Below, in pieces: positions 25,597-40,065 of a stretch of DNA of 64,000 bases. Positions within the stretch are counted from its first letter, which is position 1, and each line of letters starts with the position of its first letter. Origin of the DNA: the human T2T-CHM13v2.0 reference genome, Homo sapiens. The notes beneath the pieces were generated by a model. The model was not told where the DNA came from, made no database searches, and was given only the letters and a program-made list of their open reading frames with translations. The stretch lies in NCBI RefSeq assembly GCF_009914755.1, contig NC_060942.1. One strand, given 5' to 3'. The translations under genes and the position numbers were made by a program.

Positions 25597-26790
25597 ATTT
25601 TATATTGAAGAATAATTTGCTTACAGTAAAGTACATAAATCCTAAATGTTGAGCTCAATGAATTTTTTATATGTATCTACCTCTATAACTACTATACAAA
25701 TTAGAATATAAGACATTTATAGCCCCCTAGAAGGCTCTCTCATGGTTCATCTCAGTCAACAACCACCCTCCAAAGGTAATCACTAGTGTGAGCCCTGTCT
25801 TGAACTACATACAAATGAAATGATACCATATGCATTCTTTAGTGTCTGACTTCTTTCATTCAACATAATACCTATGAAAAATATTTATGCTGTCTTTTTT
25901 CTCTTATTGTAAGAATGTACCACAATTCATTTATCCCAATATTGGACTTTTAGACTGCTCCATTTTGGGGCTATTATAAATAAAACTTCTGTAAGTTGTT
26001 ATAAAGTTTGCATGCACATCTTTTAATAGAAATAAACACTCATTGGTATTTGATATATACCTAAGAGTGGAATTGCTGAGTTATAAAATCGATAAAAAGA
26101 CATATTCATTTGGCTTTAGTTAGACATTGCCAGATAATTTCATATGTAGTAGACAGAATTTACTCTCCCACCTACCAATATCAAATCTCCAGTTGAGCCA
26201 CACCCTCCCTTGGCAACACTTAATACTGGCCATTGTTTGATTTTTTAGCCAATTTGATAGGAGTTTAAATTATATTTATTGTGATTTTAATTAGCATTTC
26301 CTTGGGGGCTAATAAACTTGAGCACCATTTTATATGCACCTTGGCTAGTTGGATTTTTTTTCCCCTGAGGTGACGTTGAAGCATTGTGCTCATTTTTTTT
26401 TAAGAAACTGAATTGCGTATTTACTTATGTATGTGTTTATCCTTCACATTAACAGACCATCATTCATCTCAAATTTCATTTATGATATAAGGTCAGAATC
26501 AGAGTTCACATTTTTTAAATTCCTACACAAATATCCTTTTTACATAACACCACTTATTGCATTGCACTGGTGCCTTTGCTATATATTAGGTGTGCAGGTC
26601 TGTTTCTGGGTTCTTCATGCTAATCTATTGAGTGATTTTTCTTTTCTTGTACCAATATGCTTATGTGTCTTTATTTTTGAATCTTTACAGTAAACATACT
26701 TGATGATATAAATCCTCCGAATGTTTTTCTTCCTCAAGATTATCTAGGCTACTCTAGTTCTCTTGGATTTTGACCCAGATTTTACATTCA
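25597..26790 (-). mobile_element. L1ME-like 3' UTR and ORF2 end
   Basis: ACAGTAAAGTACATAAATCCTAA, TGTCTGACTTCTTTCATTCAACATAAT, ATACCTAAGAGTGGAATTGCTG. Confidence 0.82.
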
Positions 26791-26899
26791 GTCAGGTACA
26801 TTCTCTAAATTATTCTTTCCCTCTGTAACACTGACAAAAGAGTAATTCTTGAGAGCTGTAAACTATAATGAAAATTTCCTAAGTTATTATTTAAGTCCC

Positions 26900-27350
26900 T
26901 TAAAATATGTTTCAAACCTATTACACAAACTTATTTTCCAGTTACTCCTCTGTATTAACCTCTCACTGTCCCCAAGTGTTTATTTAAATTTCCTGCATCT
27001 GTCATTTGACAGCTGTTTCCCCAGCTGGAATGGTCCTGCAAGTCCTTTCTGCACATCCATATTTTATTTCTGTTTCTGGAAGTTTCTATTTCCAAATTCA
27101 AAACCCACTTTCCCAAAGCAGCTTTCTTCCCTCCCTCTAACCTTCACTGAACTCTGTGTCATCTGACCTCCCACTATAGTTATTTCTTGAACTGAAAATA
27201 TTTTGAACTAGTCACATATAGCCTTCTGTTTTTAGTTATTCTTTCATGGGGCGACTTTTGGCAGAAGCCTTAACTTCAAATATTTTTTACCCTTCACAAC
27301 CCTTAACATGCTTCTCGTACATGGAAGATGCTAAATAAATGACTAAATGA
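26900..27350 (+). mobile_element. L2 3' fragment
   Basis: Pyrimidine-rich body ending GAAGATGCTAAATAAATGACTAAATGA. Confidence 0.45.
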
Positions 27351-27812
27351 CCAACATTGATTGACTGAAGAGCTTTTAAAATGAGAATACTGGAATCAAC
27401 ACTTGCACCATAGTATAAGAAACCGCATTGCGAAGTTAAAATATATTTGGCTACTTGGGAATTTGACTTTTACTTATTGCCTGCTAGAACCTGGGTTGTA
27501 CCATTAATCTGTACATCCCTGCCTTGTTATAACTTGTTTTCTCACATATATGTGGTTGAAAAAAATAGGAATTTTATGAAGAAACTATGTTTTATGTAAC
27601 ACCGCAGGAAAGGGTCTTTTGCATTATAAACTATTCTAATATAAAGTAGCACCTTCAAACCATTTAAAAATATAGAGAGGATACAGAAGAGATACTTCAG
27701 GGATTTGGTTTAAATTTGCTGCATCTGCTTTTAGGAAAAATGAATTACAAAGTGTGAATAGGTCCCTTGAAATTAATTGAGTTTTTTGAAAAAAATCTAA
27801 ACAGCTTTATTT

Positions 27813-28580
27813 ACAATCCCTTTTCTGACTATATACCCAAAGGAGATGAAATCCTACTTTGTAAAGATATTTGCACTTTCATGTTCATTGCAATATCATT
27901 CTCAACAGCCAATACAAGGGGAAAAAAACCCCTACATGCCCACCAATGGATGAATGAAGAAAATGTGGCATATATATGTACACACAATGAAGTATTACTC
28001 ATCCTTAAAAAAGTAGATCCTACCATTTGCTACAACATGGATAAGCCTAGAGGACATAATGATAAGTGAAATAAGTCACACATCGATAGAAAAATATTAC
28101 AGGATCACACTTACATGTGAAATTTTAAAAAGAGGTGAAACACACAGAGATAGAGAATGAAACAATACTGTGCAGTGGAGGAAGAAGGAATAGAAAGACA
28201 TAGGGCAAAGGACACAAACTAGCAAATATGTAGAATGAGCAAATCTAGAAACCTAAGGTACAACATGAAGACTAAAGTTAGTACAATTGTACTGAGTTAG
28301 GGATTTTTGTTAAATAAATAGATTTTAGCTGTTCTTGTTAACACAAAAAAAGTTACTACTATATGTGAGATGATAGTCATGTTAACCTTCTTTACTAATC
28401 ATTGCACTATATATATATATGCCTATAGATACAGTGTGTGTGTATATATATACCTATAGATATAATGTGTATATATATACACACACACAGACACACACAC
28501 ACACCCCTATATATCTGTATGTATTTCATAATACCATGTTGTAAACTTCAAATATACACAATAAAATTCATTTTAAAAAC
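27813..28580 (+). mobile_element. L1MA4/5-like 3' end with internal TA/CA microsatellite (28408-28515)
   Basis: TATATACCCAAAGGAGATGAAATC, CTACAACATGGAT, GGGATTTTTGTTAAATAAATAGATTTTAGCTG. Confidence 0.9.
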
Positions 28581-29669
28581 TACATAGAAGTGCAGTATAA
28601 TTATCTTTTTTCCTTTCTAGTAAGTCCACAGTCCTCATGATTCAACAGGATAAGTGCTAATTCTAAAAATATACTTTAATTAATAAGGCTCTCTTAAAAT
28701 TTACTTTCATTAAGATTAGACCACACATATCTGAACAGTACTATGCATTAGAACCAAATAATATGGTTTAAAAATAGGCATTGTCTTCTGTCTTATGAGG
28801 AAAATATAAGATTGAATAAGGATCATCTACTCATTGTCAAATAACCCAAGTAAATAGCTACATTAAGAATGATTGTAATGTCATGTATCCTCAGGTAAAT
28901 AAGATTCACTTAAGGTCAAAGGATTATATGTGGCAATGTTTTGTTTTTTTGCTTTTCTGGAACTTATTGCTAAAAAAAATCCCCACATAGCTGAGTAATA
29001 AGTAAAGTTTTATTAAAGTTATTTTAACTAGCACTTGGAAAAATATATCTTAAATATATTTTTTAACAAAGTAATATTTGGCAATTCTTAAAAATTTTAT
29101 TATAACTTTGCCATAAAAGCTTTTACAATAACAAGACTTAAGAACTGACTTAAAAGAGAAATCAGGGTGAACAAACCCTGGTCTTAAAGATGAGAGGCTT
29201 AGTCACCTGTCAGTAAAGAAAATATTTAACTTGGCATTTCCCCCCCAAAATGTGGGAATTTAAAAACATAAACAAACCAATTTGAGGAAATAATAGACCA
29301 AGATTCATAAACAAGAATATGCATGATACACAGAAGTATTATTAAAAATCTTAGTTGGTTGATTAATCCACAAGGTCACACATTTAATACTCAAAAAGTT
29401 TGCAAAAATCTCACATTTTGCTTTTATTGCAATTGTGTCTTTACTATGATTGCTCAAGAATATATGACTATTCTTGCTAGCCTCTAATTACAATGGAAAA
29501 ATGTAATTAGATAGTGGAATTGAATCACATCAGTTTTTGTAGCCATTCTTCAGGTCAACTGAGGTCTAATATGACAATAGATGCAGTACACTTGAATTGA
29601 CACACAACTTTTTCTAGTCCTGTATATACTTAATCTTATAGAACTGGATTATGTGTAGGACATGGAGGA

Positions 29670-29960
29670 TAAACAATTAAGTTTACTTATTGAACACCTA
29701 CGGGGTTAGATGTTTTAGAGGATAAGGCACAATAAGCCACATATAATTTAAGGAAGAGCAAGATGACAAAAAGGAATAGAACAATACACTAAAATGTACT
29801 ACCTAGCAGAATGAGATAAGTGGCATAATAGAGACACAAATCAAATTCAAGGAGAGGTATAGGAAGAAAGACAGCATACAGAGAGAAAGAGAATATGTAG
29901 CTCAAAGTGTCTTGGGGAAACTGATATAGAAAAAGAGGGTTTTGTTTTGTTTTAATAAGG
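29670..29960 (-). mobile_element. L2 fragment
   Basis: TTATTGAACACCTAC...GATAAGTGGCATAATAGAG. Confidence 0.45.
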
Positions 29961-32504
29961 ATAAGATCATGGCAGGGTACAGTGAAGGAGAAGAATGTTG
30001 CTTCTGTAGCTCTATGTTCACGAGGATTTGATTCTGGTTTGTATGTAAATATAGTGCAAGGCTACTTATTAATTAATTATCAGTAAGAAAACATACAAAC
30101 TAGGCTATGGGATGGTTGGCAAGCTGATTAGTAAACTGACTCTCTGATGTTATTTTATAGCTTAACCATTGATTTTAATGTGATGCTATTTATTGTTCAA
30201 AAATATTGTTTCACTGCCTAAAATTAGACTTTTGGTCTTGTTGACTTTTGTTATACATGATACCTTTGACCCCTACAAAAGTGGAAATTCCAAAAGCTTT
30301 TATTATTTATTTATTTGCTTTGCAAAACAATGTCTAGGCCAGAGCTAAAAAAAAACCACAAAATTTATGGAAGTAACATGCCTAGAAAAACATAATGTCA
30401 GTGTAGTAAACATCCAAGAGATTCTTAGCATTATTAAAGTGGGGATGGTTAGGGGGCGGGGGTCAGTTATTGAAGTGGCATGGGGGTTTATTTCACCTTT
30501 CTCATCACTATGAGTGTTTCTTATCTGTAATTATTGAAAATAAGTCAGAGAGTAATGGGGACACTTGAAGAAGATTGGTTGACATAAATAAAATTGCCGA
30601 AGTTTGTTTCTTATTTTAAGTATAAAATCTACCCCATCAATGTATATAAATAATCAGTGTGAGGTTGCAGTAAAGTTTAATGATGTAAGTTCTTTCTTTG
30701 CTTTCCTTTACTATACATTATCTTTCTAAGAAATACTTTTCTTCTTTTGTATAAGAGATGACAAGCTTTTTTTTTTATTCCATATGATGAATGAAAGGAT
30801 TGATGAAACATCTATTATCGGCAGACATGGTGCTGGGCACTGTGGCTAAAAATGTCCTCAAAAAAGTTCATGCCATCATATGGTTCACTTTGGCTGTGAT
30901 TTTGTTTGATTAGCCTATACAGTCATAATAACTAGAAGAAAAAATGTACTCTGTTAAAATATTCTCCTATACAAAGAGTTTAGAATATACTTAATAAAAC
31001 AATGAACTGTAAATGTTACTGAATTATGGCTCAAACACTGTGCTAGATAAATAAGATGGATTCCCCTCCTTTCAGGGAGTCTATTATTTACCACCTTGTT
31101 ATAACCTGAGTCAATTAAAAATGAAATAGAGCAACAAAAAGGTCCACTGTATTTCACAATGTATTGTTAATGGTGCCCCTTAAGTGTTGGGCAGCACTGA
31201 CTAAGCTCATGGGTTAGTACAACCAAAAGCGAATTAGGTTTAAGTATTATTTGATGTGGCCAATTTGTAACAAAGGAAAATCTCTGTTTTGGAAAGTGGC
31301 CATAAATTGACAGTTGCACATAAAATTGTAGGTTTTAGGGATATATATCTGATCTACAGAATTAAAGTCCTAACAGGCTTGCATCTGGGTTGGGAAATAG
31401 GATCACAAACAGTAATGTCAGGTAAAGGTGGTGCCACTGAGAACCCATAACCAATGAGTGATCCATCTCCCAGAAAACAGGACCTGACACCATTTGAAGG
31501 AAATATGTTTTCAACATAACTTTTTTCTTCACTATTATTCTACTCCTCAAGCAAAAGATGACAGCCTACCACTTTCAAAACATTTCTTTTAATGACTACT
31601 TATTTGAACGAAATCTTAACATACTGAATTCTGTAATTGTTCAACTTCCTCACTAAAATTGCCTAACTTTATTTCTGCACAAATATGCCTGTTGTTTTGA
31701 AAAAAATGTATGCCACTAATATCACTAATTATATACTTATTACAATATTGTCTGCCAAGATAATGAAGAAAATTGTACACAGAATACTCTTAAATTACAT
31801 ATTAGTGAACAATAATTTTTTTTCTATCAGTCATGATTTTTCCCAGTGCACCATGCAATTCGTGGCTCCACTCATTCCTCTGAATTGTTTTTGCTATCAC
31901 TCATGCATTCAAGTTTGCCAGCAAGTATTACATATACTTTGATTAGGAAGAAAGGACAGCTTTTCTCATATTTAATGTGTACTATTGGCAAATACATTGA
32001 AAAAGTCACTATTAATTAACTTGTTAAGGCTATTCAAGGGCAGAGAGAAGCCATGCAGTCAGCTAGAAGGACAAGGCATTATTTCAGTTTACCTATCAAG
32101 ATGATAATGAAAGACAGTAAGATCATTAAATGAAAAATAAATATAACAGGTAATTCCCATTATGTAGGAATTTTACATAACCCTTTGTCCAGATACCCAA
32201 AGCATGAAGTCATCCTCTGGGATTATCTTCTAGAGGTCTGCCATAATTTGCCTGACCCACACTATATACTCCTCTCAAAATAAAATTAGGGCATGCACCC
32301 TCCTGAACAGTACAGCTGTCATCAGCTCCAAATCCTATGGACACATTAGATTAGTAATAGGTTTAATAAGGAAAAGGAAAATTAATAGGCTCTTGACATT
32401 CTACAACATACTATAATGATAAGTGGCATACCACAATGTCCTCCTTTCTCAGTATTCACACAATCTCTTATTCTATTCATATCTTTCAGCCTTGGCCTTG
32501 ATTT

Positions 32505-32628
32505 CTTTTTTTCTTCCCCCATAAGATCCTGTGGAGTTCTTGAAAGTAGGATGTGCTTTAGTCATCCGCATAATCTCTCCAGTGCCCAGACAGGGACAAG
32601 CACAGGGTGGGTGTTGGATAAATACCTA
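32505..32628 (+). mobile_element. L2 3' end
   Basis: GTTCTTGAAAGTAGG...CTCCAGTGCCCAGACAG...GATAAATA. Confidence 0.55.
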
Positions 32629-33357
32629 CTGGTTCTCTGCTCACTGGAATTTGGCTGTTTTCTGTTGACATGGATTTCTCCCTATAGCCTCTACAGCAAG
32701 TTTTCTTTCTACATGGCACATATCTTTCAGTCTTATGGATTTCACATACAAACGGACTTCTGCCTTCAAGCTAGCATCTCTTTTCCCCAAGATTTGCGGT
32801 AGTTAAGCACTTGGGATTGTTTCCTCCTGTAACAGCAAGCACAGCTCTACGGTGCCTTTGCTCTCCTCCTCTCTGTTCTGAGGCCTATGATTTTGCTGCT
32901 AAGCAGAATTATTGTGTCTTGTGTGTTTGGGCCTTTCCATTGGACTTTTAACACTTTTAATGACTGTTGTAGATATCTATTTGAAAATATTCCATGGGAA
33001 AGAGCAAAGCCTATTGGTATTTCAGAGTTTTCACTTCTTGTCTCAACCAGCTGATAATTGTGGAGCTTTATAAAACAGTACATAAGAAATAAATTATTTC
33101 TAATAATTGATATGGACCAACATAAAATTAAGCCCTAGAAATCAATAAGAGGTCTAAAGAAGACACTTCACCATCTTCTTCCCAAGCCCCACCTATTTCA
33201 GGAGCCCAGCAAAAATTGGAGGAGACCCTTTCCTACACAAGGGAAATAATGGAGGAAAATTGCTGCCTGCATTTGTATAGGAAGGCAAGATATTTACTTC
33301 ATATTGGACCATGATTTGGGCTGGTTTTCTGGCTTTGTAGTCATCATAGAGGACAAT

Positions 33358-34450
33358 ATACATTGTTTTTAACTGTCCAGAATATAAAAGTCTTTTCTAT
33401 ATTTCGGGACCCCCCTCCCTGTGTATGTTTTGTTGTGAGGAAGAAAACACCTCCAACTATAAAAGATGAAAATGCTGGTTTCTTGCCCTCCATTCCTCCT
33501 TGAATCTAGAGTACAAATGTATGATCTAGGCCCAGTTGAATGCTTTCTTACCAGATTGGTATCGGCAGGTAGGAATATAAATCACTAAGAATGGTGTTTT
33601 AGTTATATATTGCCACATAACAAATGACACCATCACTTACTGGCTTAAAGCAACATTTGTTACTGAGTTTTGGAGGGTAATGAATCTGGGCACAGTGTAA
33701 CTGAATCTTCTCTTTCAAGTTTGTCTCAAGGATGCAGTCAGGGTGTTGGCTGGGGCAACAGTTTGAATGAATGGAAAGGATCTGTCTCATGCTTCCTCAT
33801 ATAGTTGTTGCCAGGATTCAGTTACTCATAGGCAGTTGGACCTTGGGCCTCAGCTCCTTCCTTCCTTTTTGCTGGAGGCTGCTCTCAGCTCCTGACCACA
33901 TGGGCATATTCATAGGTCAGCTACCACATCAGGATTTGTTTCATCATTGTTAGCAAACAAGAAGAGCCAAATAGAGAATGCAAGCAAGACAGAATACACA
34001 TCTTTAATAACTTCATTGCAGAAGTCACATCCCTTAACTTTTGACATATTCTATTAGAAGCAAGTCACTAAGTTCAGCTTACACCAGGGAGAAGGGATTA
34101 CATAAGGATGTGAATACAAAGAGGTGGGGATTATTGGGAACCTTTTAGAACCACCTGTCATGGAAAGTATGAAATCCGCTCTAGAGAAAGTGGCAGCAAA
34201 GGCAGTAGCTTCATCCAGCATCAAGAATTCAAAAGTGCAGAAGTTCTACCAGCAGTGATAATAGCATTTTTTTTCCTGAGAAATCATTTCTGAGATGTGA
34301 CTTTGGGTATTGTTCTGAGGTGAGTAGATTTCAACTCTGATTCTTTGGCCAACCCCCAAATTCTGTAAGCTACTAGATGCCCTTATGTAAATTCCTTTTA
34401 TCTACTTAGAATAACCTATTTATTTCTGTTGCTTATAAATAAGAAGCTTC
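33358..34450 (+). mobile_element. LTR33-like ERVL LTR split by MLT1F (pieces about 33358-33594 and 34161-34450)
   Basis: TATGATCTAGGCCCAG in the 5' piece; TAAATTCCTTT...TTTCTGTTGCTTATAAATAAGAA in the 3' piece. Confidence 0.6.
33595..34160 (-). mobile_element. MLT1F-like MaLR solo LTR
   Basis: TATTGCCACATAACAAAT...TGGCTTAAAGCAAC; TTAGAAGCAAGTCACTAAG; GTGTGAATAC-like end. Confidence 0.85.
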
Positions 34451-35024
34451 ACAGAGAGAGTGAAGCAAGGGAACCACAGAATGAGGATGGAGATTTAGTC
34501 CTCTGCACATCTGTACACCTGGTACAGGCCTAGGAAATGGTAGGCACTCAATATATATTTATTAAATTATTGAATAAGACAAAATACATAAAATTCAGAG
34601 GGCAAATAGTTCTGAAATTTATTTGGAGGTCCAAGTGAAAGGTTGAATGTGGTTTAGAAATTAGTCAGGGCAAGGAGTTTAGAGTGTATGCCTTAGGAAA
34701 AGGGAACATCAAACAGAGTGGTCCAAGATCATGATACATGATGCTTGGCGGGCCTCTCTTAAGCGCCTGAGGCACTGGACAATTCCCTCGAAAATTGCAT
34801 GATGCCAGTAGAGGCAAAATTCAATTGAATGAAAAAGACTTGAACAGGAAATCAGAAAAAGTACACTGAATGAGAAAGAGATGGCAGGCAGGTTTTAGCA
34901 GGGTGCCCATTAAAAAGGAATCTCAGAGATAATCAGATCTTTTCCTAAAACCTGGACACAGACCACCTTTAACCATTTTAAAAGCTTTAAATTTCATTCA
35001 TAGTAATGATATAACAGTGACTAT

Positions 35025-35355
35025 TTATCTTAGTTGAATTCAAATGCAAGTAGTTTATTTGGGAGATAATCTCCGAAAACAGCCTAAGAGGAAGAGTGAG
35101 GTGAGACAGGGAAGGAAAAAAAGGCAATAAGGGATGCCATATTGTGTCAGTTTCTAGGTGGGCAACTGAATGCTTAATCCAACAAGCGAACTCTGGGGGC
35201 CAGTGTAGAACACATAGAGTGTTATTCCACTTGCAGGGATGTTTATACAGTAACCCCTATTGGTCGCTGTTTGAAGGTTGCCCCAGAGGACACAAAGCAG
35301 GCTCAGGGAGCCAGAGAGTGAGCCATAGGTGATGAGCTACATAGGCACCAACAGT
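35025..35355 (-). mobile_element. LTR16-like ERVL LTR
   Basis: TGCAAGTAGTTTATTTGGGAG...GTGAGACAGGGAAGG...GTGGGCAACTG. Confidence 0.75.
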
Positions 35356-35855
35356 TTCTCATGACTTAAGTGAATATGCAAGGCCAAATAAATTTCATCT
35401 TGCAGCAACCATGATAATTAAACATTGTCATATTAATTTTGAAGATGAGAAAAACTACAGCTCAAAAACAAAGTCTATTGGAGCCAAATTTTGTCTAATT
35501 CTAAAGGCTTTATGGAAGTAAAGTGGCCCATCTGGATGTAATGGAGACAGACACAGCGAGAGAGATAAGACACTGTCATTGGCATGCCGTAAATGCAGAA
35601 CATTGAGGAAAGAATTTTAAAAGCACTTCAGTGTACCAAGTACATATTTGATCTCTCTGAAAGAAAGTTCAACACTTGGAGGCAAAGTCTTACTATGGGA
35701 AAATCAATCCGTGGATTCTCATGGTCTTAATGATTCACATTTCTTCTGTTCACATGTAATATTTATGTTTTCAGAATGAGAAAAAAACATAAAGTTAGCT
35801 GAGAGAGATGAATTAAATTGGAGAAAGAGAAAAGTTGAAGTTATTTTGAGGATAA

Positions 35856-36130
35856 TACTGGGTTAAATAGTGTTCCTCTAAAATTCAAGTCCATCTGGAA
35901 CCTGAGAATTTGACCTGATATAAAAACAGGGTATTTCCTGATGTAATTAGTTAAGATGAGGTCAAACTAGATTAAGGTGAGCCCTACAACCAATGCTGTT
36001 GTCTTTATAAAAACAAACAAACAAACAACAAATAAAGACATAAGAGAAGAGTGCCATGTGAAGATAGAACAGAGATTGGACTGATGCAGCTACCAGCCAA
36101 AAAGCCACCAGAAACTAGGGAGAAACATGG
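35856..36130 (+). mobile_element. MLT1B/C LTR, 5' part only
   Basis: GATGTAATTAGTTAAGATGAGGTCA, GCCATGTGAAGA, GCCACCAGAAACTAG. Confidence 0.88.
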
Positions 36131-39100
36131 GCTAACTGCCCCAAATAAAAAGCACAGGGTGACAAGCTGGATAAAGAACCAAGTCCCATTTATATACTGT
36201 TTTCAAGAGACCCATCTTACATGCAATGACACACAGAGGCTCAAAATAAAGGGATAAAGAGAAAATCTACCAAGCAAATAGAAAACAGAAGAAAAGCAGG
36301 GTTTGCAATCCTAGTTTCAGACAAAATCAACTTTAAGCCAACAAAAATCAAAAAGACAAAGAAATCCATTACATAATGGTAAAGGGTTCAATTCAGCAAG
36401 AAGACCAAGAAGGCCTAACTATCCTAAATATATATGCACCTAATACAGGAGCACCCATGCTCATAAAGCAAGCTCTTAGAGACTTTCAAAAAGACTTAGA
36501 CTGCTATACAATAATAGTGTGATACTTTAACTCCCCACTGAAAATATTAGGCAGATCATTGAGACAGAAAAATTAACAAAGATATTCAGGACCTGATCCC
36601 AGTACTGGATTCAATGGACCTCACAGACATCTACAGAACTCTCCTCCCTAAAACAACTGAATATACATTCTTCTCATAGCCACATGGCATATACTCTAAA
36701 ATCGATCACATAATCAGAAATAAAATGCTCCTCAGCAAAGAACTGAAACTAAAAGAACTGAAATTGTAACAAAGGATCTCTCAGACCACAGCACAATCAA
36801 ATTAGAAATAAAGATTAGGAAATTCACTCAAAACCTGCAATTACATGGAAATTGAGTAACCTACTCCTGAATGAATTTTGGGTAAATAATGACATTAAGG
36901 CAGAAATCAAGAAGTTCTTTGAAACTAATGAGAACAAAGATACAACATATCAGAATCTCTGGGACATAGCTAAGGCAGTGTTAAGAGGAAAATTTATAGT
37001 ACTAAAGGCCCACATCAAAAAGTTAGAACAATCTCAATTTAACAACCTAACCTCACAACTAAAAAAACTAGAGAACTAAGAGAAAATCAGTCCCAAAGCT
37101 AGCAGAAGACAAGAAATAACCAAAATCAGAGTTGAACTGAAGATTGAGACATAAAGAACCATTCAAAAGATCAAAAATACAGGAGCTGTTTTTTGAAAAA
37201 ATAAAATTGACTGCTAGATGGACTAATAAATAAGAAAAGAGAGAAGATCCAAATAAACACAATCAGAAACAACAAGGGAGACATTACCACTGACCACACA
37301 GAAATACTAATAGCCACCAGAAATATTATGAACAACTCTATACACAGAAACTAGAAAATCAAGAAGAAATGGATAAATTACTGGACACATACACACTTCC
37401 AAAACTGAACGAGGAAGAAATTGAATTCCTGAACAGACCAATAACAAGCTCTGAAATTGAGTCGGTACTACATAGCCTAACAACTAAAAAAAAAGCACAG
37501 GAGCAGATGGATTCACAGCTGAATTCTACCAGATGTACAAAGAAGAGCTGGTACCACTGCTGCCAAAATTATTCCAAAAAAAATTGAGGAGACTCCTCCC
37601 TAACTCATTCTTTGAGGCCAGGATCATTCTGATACCAAAACCTGGCAGAAACACAATAAAGAAAGACAACTTCAGGCCAATACCCTTGATGAACATTGAT
37701 GCAAAAATTCTCAACAAAATACTGGCAAACCAAATTTAGCAGCAAATAAAAAAGCTAATCCACCATGATGAAGCAGGCTTTATTCCTGGGATGCAAGTTT
37801 GGGTCAACATACACAATTCAATAAATGTGATTCATCACATAAACTAAAGACAAAAACCACATTATTATCTCGAAAGACTTTCAATAAAATTCAAAATATT
37901 TTCATACTAAAAACTCCCAATAAACTAGTTACTGAAGGAACATACCTCAAAATAGTAAGAGCCATCTATGACAAAACCATAGCCAACATTATACTGACAG
38001 GGAAAAAGCTGGAAGTATTCCTTTTGGAAAACAGCATAGGACAAAGATGCCCTCTCTAACCACTCCTATTCCACATAGTGTTGGAAGTTCTGGCCAGAGC
38101 AATCAGTCAAGAGAAAGAAATAAAGGGCACTCAAATAGGAAGAGAAGAAGTCAAACTATCCCTGTTTGCAGACAACATGATTCTATATCTAGAAAGCCCA
38201 AAAGTCTTTGTCCAAAAGTTCCTTCAGCTGATAAACAACTTCAGTAAAGCCTCAGGATACAAAATCAATGTGCAAAAATTGATAGCATTCTTATACACCA
38301 ACAACAGTCAATCTGAGAGCCAAATCAGGAATGCAATCCCATTCACAATTGACACTCACACACACACTTAGGAATATGGCTAACCAGGGAGGTGGAAGAT
38401 CTCCACAAGGAGTAAAAAACACTACTCATATAAATTAGAGATGACACAAAAAATGGAAAAACATTCTGTGCTCATGGGTAGGAAGAATCAATATTGTTAA
38501 AATGGCCATACTGCCCAAAGCAATTTAATGTTATTTCTATTTTAAAAAATTACATTTTTCACAGAACTAGAAGAAACCATTTTCAAATTCATATGGAACC
38601 AAAAAAGAGCCCAAATAGCCAAGATAATCCTAAGTGAAGAGAACAAAGCTGGAGGCATCATGCTACCCAACTTCAAACTACGCTACAGGATTACAATATT
38701 CAAAACAGCATGGTACTGGTACGAAAAGAGACCAATGGAACAGAATAGGGAACCCAGAAATAAGGCCACACACTTACAACTATGTGATCTTCAGCAAACC
38801 TGACTAAAACAAGCAATGGGGAAAGGACTCCATATTCAATAAATGATTCTGGGATAACTTGCTCACCATATGCAGAAGATTGAAACTGGACCCCTTCCTT
38901 ACACTAGATACAAAAATTAATTCAAGATGAACGAAATACTTAAATGTAAAACCCAAAATGATAAAAGCCCTGGAAGACAACATAGGCAATATTATTCTGC
39001 ACATAGAAACAGGCAAATATTTCATGATGAAGATGACAAAAGCAATTACAACAAAAGCAAAAATTGAAAAATGAGATCCAATTAAAGAGCTACTGCACAG

Positions 39101-40065
39101 CAAATGAAACTGTCCACATTGTGAACAGACAAACTACAGAATGAGGGACAAAATTTGGAAACTATGCATCTGACAAGGGGCTAACATCTAGCACCTATAA
39201 GGAACTTAGACAAATGTACAAGAAAACAAAAAAAAACACATTAAAAAATTGCGCAAAGGACACAAACACTTTTAGAAAGAAGACATACATGATGTTAACA
39301 ATCATATGAAAAAAAGCTCAACACCACAGATCATAAGAGAAATGCAAATCAAAGCTACAAGGAGATACCATTTCACACCAGTCAGAAGGACTATCACTAA
39401 AAAGTCAAAAAATTCAGATGCTGGCAAAGTTGTGGCAAAAAAGGAATACTTATACACTGTTGGTGGGAAATTAAATTCGTTCAACTGTTGCGGAATACTG
39501 TGTGGAAATTCCTCAATGACCTAAAAACAGAAATACCATTTGACCCAGCAATCCTATTACTGAGTATATACCCAAAGGAATATAAATTGTTCTGTCATAA
39601 AGACCCAGGCACATGTATGTTCATTGCAGCACTATTCACAATATCAAAGACATGGAAACAAACTAAATGTCCATCAATGGTAGACTGGCTAAAGAAAATG
39701 TGGTACATACATATACCTTGGAATACTATACAGCCATAAAAAAGAATGAGATCATGTCCTTTGCAGGAATACGTATGGAGCTGGAGTCCATTATCCTTAG
39801 CAAACGAACACACTTCTCACTTATAAGTGGGAGCTAATTGATGAGAACATATGAACACATAGAAGGGAACAAAACATACTTGGGCCTATTGGACGGTGGA
39901 GTTTGGGAGGAGGGAGAGGGTCAGGAAAAATAACTAATGGTTATTAGGCTTAATACCAGGGTGACGAAATAATCTATACACAAACCCCTAAGACACAAGT
40001 TTACTTAAATAACAAACCTACACATGTACCCCTGACCTTAAAATAAAAGTTAAATTAAAAAGAAA
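36127..40065 (+). mobile_element. 5'-truncated L1PA13-15-like element, about 3.9 kb: near-complete disrupted ORF2 plus 3' UTR
   Basis: EN (GLTAPNKKHRVTSWIK..CFQETHL), RT ([27 protein letters not shown]), C-terminal region; 3' UTR AGGAAAAATAACTAATGG; many stops and frameshifts. Confidence 0.97.

Noticed and set aside
21941-28580. Similarity between 21941-22243 and 28170-28580 as a segmental duplication
   Set aside because: Explained by two independent copies of related L1MA 3' ends with unrelated flanks
32416-32802. 128-aa ORF
   Set aside because: Runs through an L2 fragment; no coding features
36127-40065. Functional reverse transcriptase or retroelement system
   Set aside because: ORF2 is broken by many stops and frameshifts, the catalytic FADD reads FADN, and ORF1 and the promoter are absent
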